In this document: positions 12,335 to 25,760 of the stretch, piece after piece
How positions within the stretch are numbered: the first letter of the stretch is position 1
Layout of the letters: every line of letters starts with the position of its first letter
Notes under the pieces: model-generated
What the model saw: only the letters and a program-made list of their open reading frames with translations
Told to the model about the DNA's origin: nothing
Database searches by the model: none
Assembly: GCA_045837725.1 (NCBI GenBank)
Contig: JBEWZL010000232.1
Coordinates: forward strand, 558,001-612,380
DNA: 54,380 nucleotides
Source of the DNA: Vermamoeba vermiformis
Lineage: Eukaryota
Direction: 5' to 3'
Program-made: the position numbers and the translations under genes

Positions 12335-14152
12335 ATGTTACGTGTTGGTTACCAAACTTATGCTGGAAATCGGTACCAAGGCTTAAATCAGGACCGTATA
12401 TTATCCCATCATGTGAAAAAGCTGGATAAAAACACGAAGGAAACGAGCAATATCTGGTTATGGGCAGTCTGCGACGGCCATAATTGTCTCGGTGAACTTG
12501 CTGCCACATCGTGCTGCGAGTCGTTTCAAAAAATATTTAATAATGTAAGTATTTAGTATTTTGGATCAATTCTACAAGAATAGATCGAAATTCAATTTTC
12601 TCCAGGCAAACTTTCAAATCCGACCACTACAATCCATAATGCGCTACATTAATTCGTAGTAATTGATATTTGGTTAATTATCTTTTTTAGATGGTAGAAG
12701 CGGACAGGAAGTTTGATAATAAGGGGATTGAAACTATGTACGAAAAAGCTCACAAGTCCGTTCTGGAAATATACTCCAAGCCACCGACTAAGTATGTTTA
12801 AGCTGGTACTTAATATAATCGGGGCCGTAGCTTCGCTATCAAGTTAAATTTCTATCGCGAGGTCTGCACCTCGGCTAAATTTAATATTTAAGGTACACAA
12901 TGAACCGTGGCACCTATGTGCTGAAAACAAATAAGCAAGGTGAGAAAATATATGCCATAAACAATCAAGAAAGGTAATTTTCAAAAACGCTGTTGCGTTT
13001 TTTTCCCATCTATTAGATCTGACGTACTTTAATAGAATAATTGACTTTGGAACTACGGCCTTGACCGCCATATTCGAAGAAGCAACTGGACAGCTAATTA
13101 TTGCTAACTGCGGTACGCATCTGTTGGTGAGCAATTCCTTTGTGCGTGTACCTGTTTGACGCACAAAAGCTTGCTTGCATGATATCATCTGGCCATAATA
13201 ATAAGACTGTAATAATTACTTACGGTCTACTATACGATCATGCTCTAATTATTGACATTACAGGTGACTGTGAGGCACATCTGCTTTCCAAAGAGGAAGG
13301 TTCTGAAGATTTTGTGATGGAGCGCTTGACGACGAGTCATAACGCTGCCGACAAGTCTGAAGGTAAAAACCAAATGAATAGTAATTCGATAACGTAAAGA
13401 ATCTACTGTTACTGTAATGTCACCGAAAATGACATTCGCCGGAGCAAGCCGCGATCAGACGGAATTTGTGGGACGAATCTTTTGATTTACGCTCTATTTT
13501 TATAGTGCAAAGAATTACCAAGTCCTGCAATGCTAAGTTTACAGCTGATGGATACTTAGCGCCTCTACCTACAGCGCATCAAAGTTATCAAATCAATGTT
13601 ACAAGATCAGTCGGACATCAAGTACGCAATGATGCTATTCAATCGAAAAGCTATTATGCTCACGATATCATTTCAAATTTAGTTATTGTTTCAGTATGGA
13701 GTTACGTATTTACCATCCATCACTTGGCACACGGTGGATTCCGCTACCCATAAAGCGTTGATAATGGCTTCTGATGGTAAGTTATACGCGGAATGACGCG
13801 CAGGGTACTACTAACTCTCACAAATCTCAAATCACCTAACAGCACGTCTTTTTAGGACTGTGGAATAATCTCACTGCGGATCAGGTACGGGATAGTTATG
13901 AAATTATACTGCGTCTTTTCGACAAAAAAACTGTTGTCCGAGGGTACAGCAGTCAATAGAATCGAGAATAGGTAGTCCGAGGTTCCTTTACCAGACTAAT
14001 TCTCCCAATTCTTTCAGATTCTGGAAACGGTCGTCTCGATTTCCGACCCACAGAAGGCCTGCGATGAACTAATAGCGTCAGTAAAAGAGCTGGAGCAATT
14101 TAGTCAAGATATTGATAACACAAGCGTTTTATTGGTGTATTTCGGGGACTGA
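12335..14152 (+). CDS. PP2C/PPM-family protein phosphatase; multi-exon
   Basis: Motifs NQDR, VCDGH, GTTA, ANCG|DC, NVTRSVGH, ASDG|LW and DNTSVLLVYF. TGA at 14150-14152. Confidence 0.85.
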
Positions 14153-14539
14153 AATCTGACGGAAGTGCAAAAACAGAGGCATTTACGAAAACGCAAAGAA
14201 GGGCGACCATAACAGTTAATATTTGCCCGCGAACCATCGAGGTAAGCCTCGTACCATTTCTTAAATCAGACGAAATTCTGAATTGCCTAAATCTGGCATC
14301 TAAAATTTTGATCCCAGAAAGGATTTGCTTTTTTGCTTTAATCTCTTTACTTAAACAAGCCACTATATTAGCGTGGTCATGCTTACACTTATCATTCCCT
14401 AAATTTTCAGCGATGACGATTTCTTTCAATTCATTTCGCCGTCCGCAGCATTAATTAATTTTATAATGGTGAATGACAATTGCAATTCTTTTAGAACTCC
14501 ATACCAAGACCAACAACAGACAAGGCGGATCAACCGACA

Positions 14540-15390
14540 ATGCAAATCTCTTCTCTGATAAACAACACGAACGAAGACCCTCTCGACGAGCCAAAAATCC
14601 TCATCCGCTTTGCTCCCTACATAAATTTAGATGCTTGCCCTACAGCAGATGAAATCACCAACTATCTCAACAGAACCGATAAACATATATTCCTTATGCT
14701 AGGCCAAAAGAACTTTTCGATCAGGTAACCCAAAAACTTATTTTTTGAATTTCCATCGGATGATATCAGCAATTTAGTCCCGCTTTATGCACAATATTGC
14801 AATCGAACGCGTCACTTTTACCGTGGCGACTACTTAGTTCCCTTTCCGGCACTTTTACTAACTCGTAAATTCGTTTTAGTTCTAAAGCGTATGAGCTTTC
14901 ACTGCGCGAGTTTGCCGTTATATTATGGAAGGTATCTCTGCTACGAAGGATTACAAACAAAGGACGCAAACTTGAAAAGAGCAACAAGTCATTTTTCGAA
15001 TTCAAGCCAGAGCTAGACCTGATTAAGAGGAATATCGGTCATGTGCCTGTAGATCAGTTTTTAGCACTAGGGCAAGAGGCAAAAGAAATGAGGTGCTTGC
15101 GCATTTGGAAAAACCTAAGGAAATACTTCAGTTTTCAAGAAACTGAGCACGGTTGGTCTGTGCACCACTCAGCGTTTCAACAAATTGATACACCAGAACG
15201 AATAGGCTCGGTCATAAACACGATATTGCCAATCAGGAAAAAGGCTCAAAAGCGCAGACAAAAAGGATTATTAAGCAGCAACAGCGAGGAGGATCAAGAC
15301 GTAGTTGAAAACTTGCCAACGCGGAATGCATCTTTAATTCCAGCGTTAGTCAATATCGTGCAAGAAGAGCGGAAACATTTAGGATTTTAA
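14540..15390 (+). CDS. Hypothetical protein; probably 2 exons
   Basis: ORF 14540-14728 ends at a GTAACC donor and an open frame continues to TAA 15390. No family recognised. Confidence 0.5.
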
Positions 15391-15980
15391 CACACCAAAC
15401 AATTCAAACCCAACCAGCCATGTAAATGTCACCCTGCCCGGTTATTGCGTCCTAGTGGAATTTTACTTCGTACACTTTTGGTAGACACGAAATCTATACG
15501 ACCTGATACCACCCAACTTATAATTCAATAAGTTTAATGTAGTTAATATAAACCAACGAAATAAATCACCTTTGTAAAGTTTAATTAATTTCGAAATCAC
15601 AAATTTATCGAGAGGGGTTTGTGTGGAATCCTTTCATCGGAAGCAAAGTAATAATGAATGATCGCGCAGATATTTACGATTTATAAACCTGAGATAAATT
15701 AAGCACGGCATTAAGCTCGGAAAAATAAACAATTTTTGGGTGATGAATTCAATTCATTTGTGTGTCACAATAATGTTTCAATAGATTTATCAACGGGATT
15801 CCATTATTTAGATTGGAGATACGATGCAAATCATAATCTTTCAAGCGTGCCTGCAAAGTTAGAAAGATTCTTATTCGCTGGATGTGGTCTTGTCGCACAA
15901 TTCGTGTTATAATGTGTACTGCGTAGCAGACGTGCCCGATTCTTCGATGCAAGTTGTAATCATCAAACGCGGTAGTTTAT

Positions 15981-17614
15981 TTACAAATCGTCTTTTTTGA
16001 TGATAAGTGTCGATCTATCTTTGACCTTGGAGTGCACGTCGTTGTATTGATAGCCGACTGTAATGTGAAAGTCTTTATCTCCAAGACCCATCTCTTTACG
16101 CCACTGATTTGCGCTAGGCCAGTCGATAAGAACGAAGTATGCCTCGTCTTTGCCGTCTTGCACGACTCCCAGACCCACATCCGTCCAGTCGTCAGGAATT
16201 TTCTAAACATGGAGGATTAGTTTACGTCTTTAAAGATCAAAAATTCGCACATATCCAATTGAAAATAAATCTAAGCGAAAGAAATCACGTTTTGATTGAG
16301 TTGGTAAATATAGTAGCCCTTAAAATAGCTTTCGACGTTTATCGCGTAAAATCCACCACACGGATTATTGCGAAGTGGCATAATAAATAGAAATAAAGTG
16401 GAATGCACCACTTTGCAATCGTGTAAGATCTTTACATACCGCAACTTTATCCATGAGGGCCTTTCGCGCGCTTTCGTTATCTTCTATTTTTAGCTGCTCG
16501 AGGTCAGTCTTGGATACCATCGTAACGTGGAAGTCATTGCCATCGCGCTTGACTCTCGCTTGAAGATGCGGGCTAAAATCAAGATCGGGCTTGATGCTCA
16601 AAAGTCTCTCGGTGTATTTGACAGCAATCATGTTTACTGCAGGTCCGTATAGTCCGACGTAATTACCGTAGTAATAATTCTCTTTGATCATGCCTAAGGA
16701 AGTGAATCATGTCAGCGTAAATTGAATGCCGTTCGTTTTCCGCATCCAAAAGAATTTCGAAATGAATCGGTCAGTTCTGTAATTATGAGAACTTCTGCCA
16801 CTAACAAATACGGAACATGGACCATAATAGTATCGCAAAAGTAAATTAACGAAACAATGGAGAGCAGATCCACCAATCCATTGTCGGCAACATGGTCCAT
16901 GGGAGCGAAACGATTCAGTTTGTGATTTACGTAATTTGCATGAGTTGCGATTAAACTTACCATCGGTAACAAGGCCGTTATTCTCTTTTTTTCTTATCGA
17001 CAAATAGCGTCGCTTGCCGTGGCCACAGCTGTCGTGTTGCATCTAACGACTCCGCGAGGTCATGCACGCGAGCTCGTTGTTTGTTATCCAATGTGGATGG
17101 GAAGTCGTACACGGTCTGTGCAGGATCTTCTTTAAACTTAATCAACTGTGCGTAGAATTGCTTGTCCTCTTCGGTAAAGCTGGCTGGATCGACATCCTTC
17201 TTATCTTTTGGTTTCGGTGCAGGACGATTCTTTTTATTGTCGTCTTGATCAGCTGTCTTTCTACTATCATTCAGCACCTTCAAATTGCTGTGCAGCGATA
17301 TTTAGTTGAGAAAATTGAAGGAAATATTAATTTGAACTCTAAAATTTTAATTATGCGTGTATTGAGCGCCTAATTGCTATAAATTGATGCTACAGTCACA
17401 TGACGAATTACCTTAATTTTTGGGTAATATCAAAGATCGCACTGTCATTAACGTCCTCCGGATTTGCTTTCTATCCAGGTAGATATTAGATAATTTAATT
17501 TAAATTTAATTATAATAATTTAGCGCTACTAACTCTATTGACAAAGCAACGGATGACTTTGACTTCGTTGGTTTTAGCCTCAACGCCTTCAGGCTCTGTT
17601 GCATTTCGCTCCAT
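15981..17614 (-). CDS. R3H domain + 2H phosphoesterase (Swiss-Army-Knife-type 2H); apparent frameshift at about 17043
   Basis: R3H: YDFPSTLDNKQRARVHDLAESL/MQHDSCGHGKRRYLSIRKK. A phase-1 intron (16960-16694) joins it in frame to the 2H exons with DFHVTMV and DFHITVG motifs. The start exon is tentative. Confidence 0.7.
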
Positions 17615-17769
17615 CAGGTGATTATTGAAGATGAATAGTGGTCTTAGTAATTTACTACAAGGAATTGAGAAAATGATGAGACAACGGCTCAAATTGAAAT
17701 TCTGAAGAATGACCAGGGCAAACTTTACTGTACACTAATTCAGCATTATTAGCGTAATTGGCATTTATG

Positions 17770-19817
17770 TTACAATGTCTTATTCAAATCACCATCGGCC
17801 ACGTTCGTGAGACCGAGTGAAGGCTCGAATACAGGCGTGATCTTGTGATCTTCAACCAATCTGATCAAGAACGTTTGCAAACACGCCAAAGTGATATGAT
17901 TGGCCTTATACCTAAGATAATTACGACATTAGCTATATTGTACGCATAAAAGTGCGCGTTGTATTCGTACTTGGATGCCACCATGCTGTCCCAGACCACA
18001 CCACCGTGATTAACGCCGCTGACTTTGGCAAAGTACTGGCCAGGCAACACTGCGTCCTGATCAATCACCATGCCGTCGCTATCAACACCGTATTGCTTCT
18101 TCAAGTACGAGTACGTCGATTGGAACACGGAGTAGTGACCTTTAGTCGCGCACGAGACGAAGCAAAATGTGGGCAAGTTGTACGTGCTGAGCGGATGTGC
18201 TGCAAAATATTCTTTACGGCGCTCGTAAGTCAAGTCGAGAATAGACTTGGTATCCACTTTGTACAATTTGTGTACGAAACCCTCCATAAAGCCACGCTTG
18301 GACTTGTCCATCTTAATAAAATCATTCTGCGCGAAATATTTGAGTACTTGACGATATAAAGCATAGCGCTAAACTTACCGCTATTGCTACGCCGCCGAAT
18401 GGACTTTGAAGAGAAATTAATGCAAAGACAATCTGTTTCAGTTCGGGATATTGTTCGAGCGTGGCCATCGTATCTAAGCTACCTTTAAGTAATAAAAGGA
18501 TTAATATACTGCCGCGATATCACATTGTGCGAACAAGTTCGTATTTTCGTACCTTTACTATGCGCGATTACCAAAATAGGTTTTTCGGTCTTCGCGTGCA
18601 GAGCTTCGATTGCCTCCTTCAGCATGGGCATATTAGTAGCTATAGTACCACCCGTATGGATTTTGGCCTTAGCCGCGGGCAATTTGTATTTTTTGAGCTT
18701 GTTGATGATGCAGTCCATGTAGAACGGAAAGGCGTTGCCCATCCAGCCCGGCACGATCAGATAAGCGAAGTTATAGGCTTCGGGCCGTAAAGAAAAATCT
18801 AAAAGTATCATTAAGTAATTCAAAACCGAAACTTCCTAATTTAGATTTGATCGTTCAAAAAAGAAATGCCAAAACTAAAATCAGCCGATAATTCATTTTA
18901 AGTTGCTTACTCTTCGAATTTTTCTTTAGTGAGCCCAATATTTCAAAGAACCTTTCGCTCAAGTCGACAGAAGATTGCATGGCCGGATCTTGTTGTAGCC
19001 ATCCGATATGTTTGCGCGTATTTTCGGCTTCATCCTCTGCAACGCGGTTAGAATTGAGGCACGTGATCGACTACAAATGGCACTTACTATTCTCATTTAC
19101 AACCTCGTCGATCTCCTGTGAAGTTACAAGGCCAGCTGCGATGTTCATTTCTTGCATCTGATCAGTCGCACTGGCCACGGACTCTGCCGCCTCCGTTTCT
19201 GTACCGTCTGTGGAATCGCGCGGGGTACTCGCTAAATAGACAGGTAAGTATGGAAACTACGCGGAAAAATATAAAATACTCACTGGTGAAGATTTGCAAA
19301 CGGAAAATAATTGAGTTTCAAAGCGAATCTGACAACAAATAAAATTTCGCGATTAATTTCACTCAAATAATATATAAATACGGTATATATTATTACCATT
19401 GCCTACGAACAATGCGTGGGGCTCTGTTTTTAATTTAATGCTAACTGTCTCTTCGGATTCTTCGTTGTCCTCTTTGTGAAGCTTAAAAACATGTTCTCGA
19501 AGTTTAGTTTCAAAATAACGATGCGGTATTGTTTTTTTGAATTTAATTGTCTCGTGCTCGCTATTTGTTTCATTTGAGGCCGATTCTGTTGCGTTTTTAC
19601 GGATTGCATCCAATTGAAATTCTACGCGCAGGTTTCTTTTATGCAATTCGAAGCTAAAAGTATCTTTCCACGCACTAATAGCATCTTTTAATATGGCTTT
19701 TGATTTATAGGAGTGCGATCCATGTTTGATTTTGATGGATACTGAAAGCACTCGATCGAGCACTTCGGTTGGCAGCCCTATTTGATCCGCTGTGATTGTA
19801 AGAACTCGTTTATCCAT
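17770..19817 (-). CDS. C2-like domain + alpha/beta-hydrolase (lipase-like, AHSKG nucleophile); multi-exon
   Basis: N-terminal beta-rich C2-like exon; LIVPGWMG, LVIAHSKG, SLQSPFGG, DSDGMV and GVNHGG give a Ser-Asp-His triad. TAA at 17770. Confidence 0.75.
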
Positions 19818-20057
19818 GTCTGCTATTTCTTGTGACTACAGCCTGCGCATATGAAATAAATAGAGCCGTTGTTGGTTTCAATCCAAAACGAAGCGCACAA
19901 TGACAGAAAAATTGGGCGTCAAATTTCAGTATTGAATTGCTGGATTTCATTTTGATACAATTGTACATCGGCTGATTATCAACAAATATTGCAGCATCAT
20001 AAAGCCTAAGACGCTGCTCAGATATTTACAAAACGCATCTCGCTCGGTTCCGTGAAT

Positions 20058-21299
20058 CTATTGTTCGTCAAAACCTCGGAAAGGCATGTTCGGTCTTTGA
20101 AGCCAATTATCATCTGTATAGAGCGCGTTCTTGTCGACAAGATGCACGGTGTAAGCGTGGCGAGGCTTGTTTGAGTTGTTCGCGGCGGAGCGGTGCACGA
20201 CAGCTCCGTGCAAGACGACGAGCGTGCCTGCAGGACAAGCAGCTGACACGAACTTATCTTCGGGCCACGTGGGTTTCTCGCCTGGCACGATGGGCTCTAA
20301 CACTGCACCTTTGCCATCAGCTGTACGCTTAAATCGGTTCTTGATGCCGTCTGGCAGATTGAAGGATAAGTACTCGCGCTTATATTCGTATCAATAGCAC
20401 ACGTTACCTTTGTGAGAGCCCGGCAGCATGTACATGCATCCGTTCTCCGTGGTCGCGTCGTCAATGGCAAACCAAATGCCGTGACACGTGAGAGGCTCGG
20501 TGTGAATGAAAGTGCTGTCTTGATGCGGGACGACTTCACCGCCCGTGTGAGGCTGTTTGAAGATGTACATGGACTGTATGAGCAAGGGGTCGTGCAATCC
20601 GAGTTGATCTAGCACGTCCTTACACTTCTTTTGACGAGAAAACTTCGAGAACAGAGGATCCAAATCATGAAGGGCTACACGCGTTAGATAATGAGATTTT
20701 CTGAACTTTCTTCGTGCACCGTGTACGTACCATGACCTATTTTATTGACCGCGAGAGACTTTTCAGTTTTCAATTTGCCGTGTTCGTCGGTAGCTCGCTC
20801 TTCAAGAAAGAATCTGATCTTATCGCTGCTGCCCATGAAATAGTCATTGCTATTTTTCTATATTTTTAATTAGCAACACTGTGCTGGCATATATTTTAGC
20901 CGACTTACTGCTTGGCCCTCTCCCGTGGTAAAAATTACTGAGTCTTTCATGTCCCAGTCATCTACGAGCTGATTCGCACGACTTCGCAAGGCTTCAAGTT
21001 CTTCTTTAGGCACGAAATCTGGAATGCACAAGTATCCTATTTATTATTGTGAGTAAGGGCCACGAAAGATTGATTAATGAAAAACATTCGTGAAGATTTA
21101 GCAAAATCTGGGTTCAAAAAATTTTAAAAAAGTGGGAACTGATTCAATATGACTTCATTAGCGTTATATAAAAGTTATTGTTTATGGGCAATTTAATCAG
21201 TAATCGAATCATTGCATTTTAAGTAACCGTTACACACTCACCATCCTCGTGGAATTTTTGAATTTGTTCGGGCGTAAGAACGTAATCGTAGTGGCTCAT
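20058..21299 (-). CDS. PHYHD1: Phytanoyl-CoA dioxygenase domain-containing protein 1-like
   Basis: QSMYIFKQPHTGGEVVPHQDSTF, GIWFAIDDAT.ENGCM..LPGSHK and HGAVVHRS..N.S..PRHAYTVH; ends NWLQRPNMPF. Confidence 0.9.
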
Positions 21300-21449
21300 A
21301 TTGTATATAGTTAATTATTGTGTTAAAAGTGAATACGGAGCAAGGGGCGCTTCGTCGGATTATTTTGAATTTGACCGAATTTTGACTTAATTCCTTATTC
21401 GGACCAAGATTTTGTTCGTTTATGAATATTGTCGATAGCGAACAACATA

Positions 21450-24400
21450 ATGGCCGCAATTGTATATGCAAAGGCTATTGGCTCGTTTGCTGCTAAAGGC
21501 CCTGACTTTCTGACTTTGAAGAAGAACGATCTGGTCAAAGTAATAGAGTTAAACAAGGACAGCGGCTGGGCAAAGGGTCAAATCATCACCGTCAACAATG
21601 AAAGTGGCGATATAATCAATAAAGAAGACGCTGGCAGGTTTCCGTATCATTACGTTAAGATAATTCAAAATTTCGATCCAAAAAATCAATTAATTAATGA
21701 GGCCGGAGAGGCTAAAAAGACTAAGAAAGAACGACCTAAATCTACACCAGCAGGATTTGGCGTTAATCAAATCGAATACGACGCGGAAATACAAGAGATC
21801 TTGAAAGAGAATTTATTTTCAGGTAGGAATAATTGCAATCTATAATTGATATTTACATGGCATAAAATAACCTTTTGGCGGTCAAATTATTAAATTCTAA
21901 CACGCACAAAATCTTTTATCGAATCTGACGTCCGTCAAACACGTGACGGCTTTCGGCAATCAGTTTAAATTCGCTTTTAAATAATATAATAATATCAATA
22001 ATATAAGTTTCGAATATGTACAGCCTAGTGTCGAAGGTTTACCTGGATCGGTCTAATTTTTAAATTTAAAATCAAAGCAGGAGAATCTCAACCAATTGTA
22101 CGAGCTCCCAGAAAGACATCCACATTAGTGCGCAATGCAAATAATGCAAACAATACCAACCATAGCACACCAAGTAAACACCACTCAGATCGCGACGATT
22201 TAACTTCAAGTGGTGGGCTTATTAACGATGCTATTGACGAGAGCGAGGATCCTTTATTACAACGTCGATCATCGGCCTATGAATTGCCGCAATTTACGTT
22301 TGTTCCTAACGTTGCATTGCAAGCTGTTGCTATTGCCGACTTTCAGATCGGTGATCGTGGCTTATCGTTTAGTAAGTGCGGAGCAATTACGTCGTATTTT
22401 TAATACGATCGGTCGCGAATTTGGAATTAATTCCGCAATTATGCAACAGGAAAGGGAGATCTCGTGGATGTAATTTCAGCGGCAGGTGACGCGTCAAATC
22501 CTCGCTGGTGGGTCATTGAAATTGATGGAGTTCGTGGCATTGCCCCCGTAGACTCAATTCAATTCTTGGAAAATGATCCTGAAGTCGAGAGTGAATTGCG
22601 CAAGCAGCTCGAGAACATTAAAAAACAGGTACGCAAGCAGATCTGCTAAGTTTGGTTTTAGTCGTTAAAACTAATTATGATGGTACTTCAGTTGTCAAAA
22701 GAGAGGTCTTGGAGGATAGAGACCATGGACAAGATTGACAATGTTGAGCGACAATTGAAAGGCTTGCAAATGGAGTACTTCAGACTGCAGCGGTACATGC
22801 AAATTATGCTCCAAAAGAAAGCCGTAAGTACTCTATTATGATATCTATAGTCAACGTTAGTATATCTACACGTGTAATACGTCTGCATTTCGTTTTCATC
22901 GAGGATAAAGCTGATTTTGGTATTTTACCTTTTTAGGAAAAAGTTGAAAAGGTGATCGCAAAAGCACTACGCAACAAAGAGACGAAAATTTCGTTTGCAG
23001 AAATGAATGTGCGCACAGAGCATATTCAACCCTATGTATATAAGTCATTGATGCCCTTCGAGTCCATCATTTTCTCTCGCAACAAACTCACGCACGTAAG
23101 TACATTGTACGCCTTATCTCATTACTATACTAATCGTCGAATACAGATTCATGCTAATATCTGTTATTGTGCACCAACTTTGACCGAGTTACGGTTAGAT
23201 TTCAACAATTTGATGGCGCTACCTAATGAGATCGGTTACTTGAAGAATTTGACGCATTTAGTGCTGTGCAAGAACAAGCTTAACGAGATCCCTGAGGACA
23301 TTGGAAATTTATCAAATTTGATCGTGTTGAACTTGCAGGTACGTAGCAATAGTATCGAAAAGTAGGTGACTAACTGAAGTTTATTTCTTCAGGCGAATTA
23401 TTTGTCACATCTTCCTGCCTCACTAGGCAATCTGACGAACTTAAAGGCACTTAATATCGCGCAAAATTCATTCACTGCCCTTCCCGAGTGCGTGTTCAAG
23501 CTGAGTGGTCTGTTGCAACTCTCGGCAAAGAAGAACATGCTGACGACGTTGCCCGCTGAAGTCGAGAACTTGACGAACTTGAAGGGGCTCTCATTGAGCG
23601 GGTGAGTACTAACTCGTAGTGCACGTTACAATACCAGTGCTAACATATTATTCGTCAAATAGTAACAAGATCTCCGAGTTGCCATTGAGCCTGTTGAAGT
23701 TGAAATCGCTTAACAAACTCACTTTGCACGATAACAGGCTACAGTAAGACAAGTTCTAAGCCCTTAAAACTAATTAACCGACTTGGATTAGCACCGTGCC
23801 AGGAAAGCTCTATCAGTTAGCAAATCTCCAAATACTCAGCTTGGCTGATAATCCATTGCACGCACCTTACAGCGAGTTGATTGATCAGAGCTGCGACAAG
23901 ATATTGGCGTGGTTGCGTGACTTTGACTCCAAAAAGAGCGAGGTCTTTGGTTCACCATGTAAGCTTGTTCATATACACACGACACGTCTCTAACCAATCT
24001 CCCTAGCTCTTGATGACAGAAAAATCAGCCATACACTGCGTGATCCTCAAGGCCGCAAGAGGTTCGAAGATTTTTTGAAGGTGCAGCTGCCGAACTATGT
24101 CATTGTCTTTCAATTTTGGCGCGATGTCGAAGCACTTACCAAAGCTCCATTGCAAGAACGACTAGACAAGGCTCGTGGTATCTTCGATTATTACGTCAGA
24201 GCAGATAAGCTTCCCATCACACCTGCGGCCAAAGCAGTAATTGAAGCACGATTTGACAGCGGCGAGTTCGTGGAAGATGTCGAGCAAAAAGTTCATCCGT
24301 TCCAAGAATTGCAACGATTTGCGGTAGAACTATTAGAAAGCAAATGCTTGCCTCGTTACAGACGGTCCGGCTTCACCAAGAATTTCAGCGAAAGTTCGTT

Positions 24401-25508
24401 GACTCGACCGAAATCAAGTAGTAGTCTAATGAAGAAGGTATGTAATCATTGGACCATTAGTGAGGGTCGTACTAACTTACCGTGCTATGCGTAGCAAGTA
24501 TCGGGCACTATTCCCCGCCAAGATCCCGCGACACCTCGATTGAATCCTGAAGAACCACAAAAGAGTCCAGAAGGGGGTCGCAAACTCAACGTCGAGCACA
24601 GTATCAAAATTTGGATGAGTTCTGTGCTTGAAGAGCTTGTTCCAGCGGTACGTACTTAGTAGTTAAGTTCCTTGGTATCGAGGGAATTGATCGAGTTTTC
24701 CCTAGACTTCTTTGTTCGAGGCGACACGTGACGGTGTGATCTTGATCCGCGTGTTCAATGCTGTGCATAACAATAACTCAAAATTGCATTTGCGAATATA
24801 CAATAATGAGCCCAAGAAGAATATAAAAGCTTTCATTAATGGCTGCGAGAAGTAAGGATAAGAAAATGTTGAACTTGGAACGTTTCAGATTCGCTGACTT
24901 GTTTTTGCTTAGAATGGGTTTGAAGAAAAAACTGTTATTCAAATCGAGTGACTATAAGAAGGGTAATAATAAGAGAATAGTCAGCGGTCTTACATACTTT
25001 ATGGAGTGTTGCAAAAAGGTACGGCAAAACTAGCGCTATATTTGGTCATTGTTCTTAACGCTATAAATAGCCTGCCCCACCGCTTACCGGAAGCGTTAGC
25101 CCACCGTTGTCCGATGGGTACTCCAGCGAGGGATCCGCGAGTCCTTTGACGCGAGCTAAAACAGTCGTGTTTCACGGACTCACGATCCCGGAAGAAACTA
25201 GCGATGAAGAACTTGTCCGCAGCTCGGACCTTGGATCCATGAGTGCATCTGTAGATAGCAGCTTGAATCGATCACCGAGTAGTTTGAGTACCAGCCACAG
25301 TACCAGCAATAACAACAGCAATACAAATATTACCCGCAGCGAAGAACTACCGAAAAAGAAGAGCAAAAATAAGATTTTCAACTTCTTTAAGCGAGCTAGT
25401 GAGAAGAGATTGGCGAAGCAAAAAGCAAGCACTGCTACGTCCACATCCGGTGATAAATATAGCCAGGAAGAACATGTATCAATCAGCTCGAGCTCATCCG
25501 ACAGTTAA
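21450..25508 (+). CDS. Multidomain signalling/cytoskeletal scaffold: SH3-SH3-coiled coil-LRR-RGS-CH; multi-exon
   Basis: SH3 (LTLKKNDLVKV..GWAKG..GRFPYHYV; second ADF..LSF|KKGD..WW..RGIAP); LRRs (LRLDFNNLMALPNEIGYLKNL); RGS (LRDPQGRKRFEDFLK..FWRDVE..IFDYYV); CH (IKIWM..RDGVILIRVFN..NIKAFINGC). Confidence 0.75.
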
Positions 25509-25760
25509 TCAATTTTCTTTCTTTTATTTTGTTACTCCAGCACTTTTGTAATATAAATAGGAGTACAGATAGCAAAGGAACGTTGTTGTGCGTAACAGTT
25601 CTACACTTTCCATAAAAAGAAAACTTTATCTCGTTGTATCTCCCAAAAAAAACTGCACAATTTGGCGGCAGAAATTTTGTTGGGTAATTACTGGTTAATA
25701 AAAACGAAGAAGCAATAGCAAGCATTTGAAGGGTATCAACAGAACGGTCGACGGCATTTA

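Noticed and set aside
14100-14429. 109-aa minus-strand ORF
   Set aside because: Non-ATG start, overlaps the PP2C last exon and AT-rich intergenic DNA, no motif.
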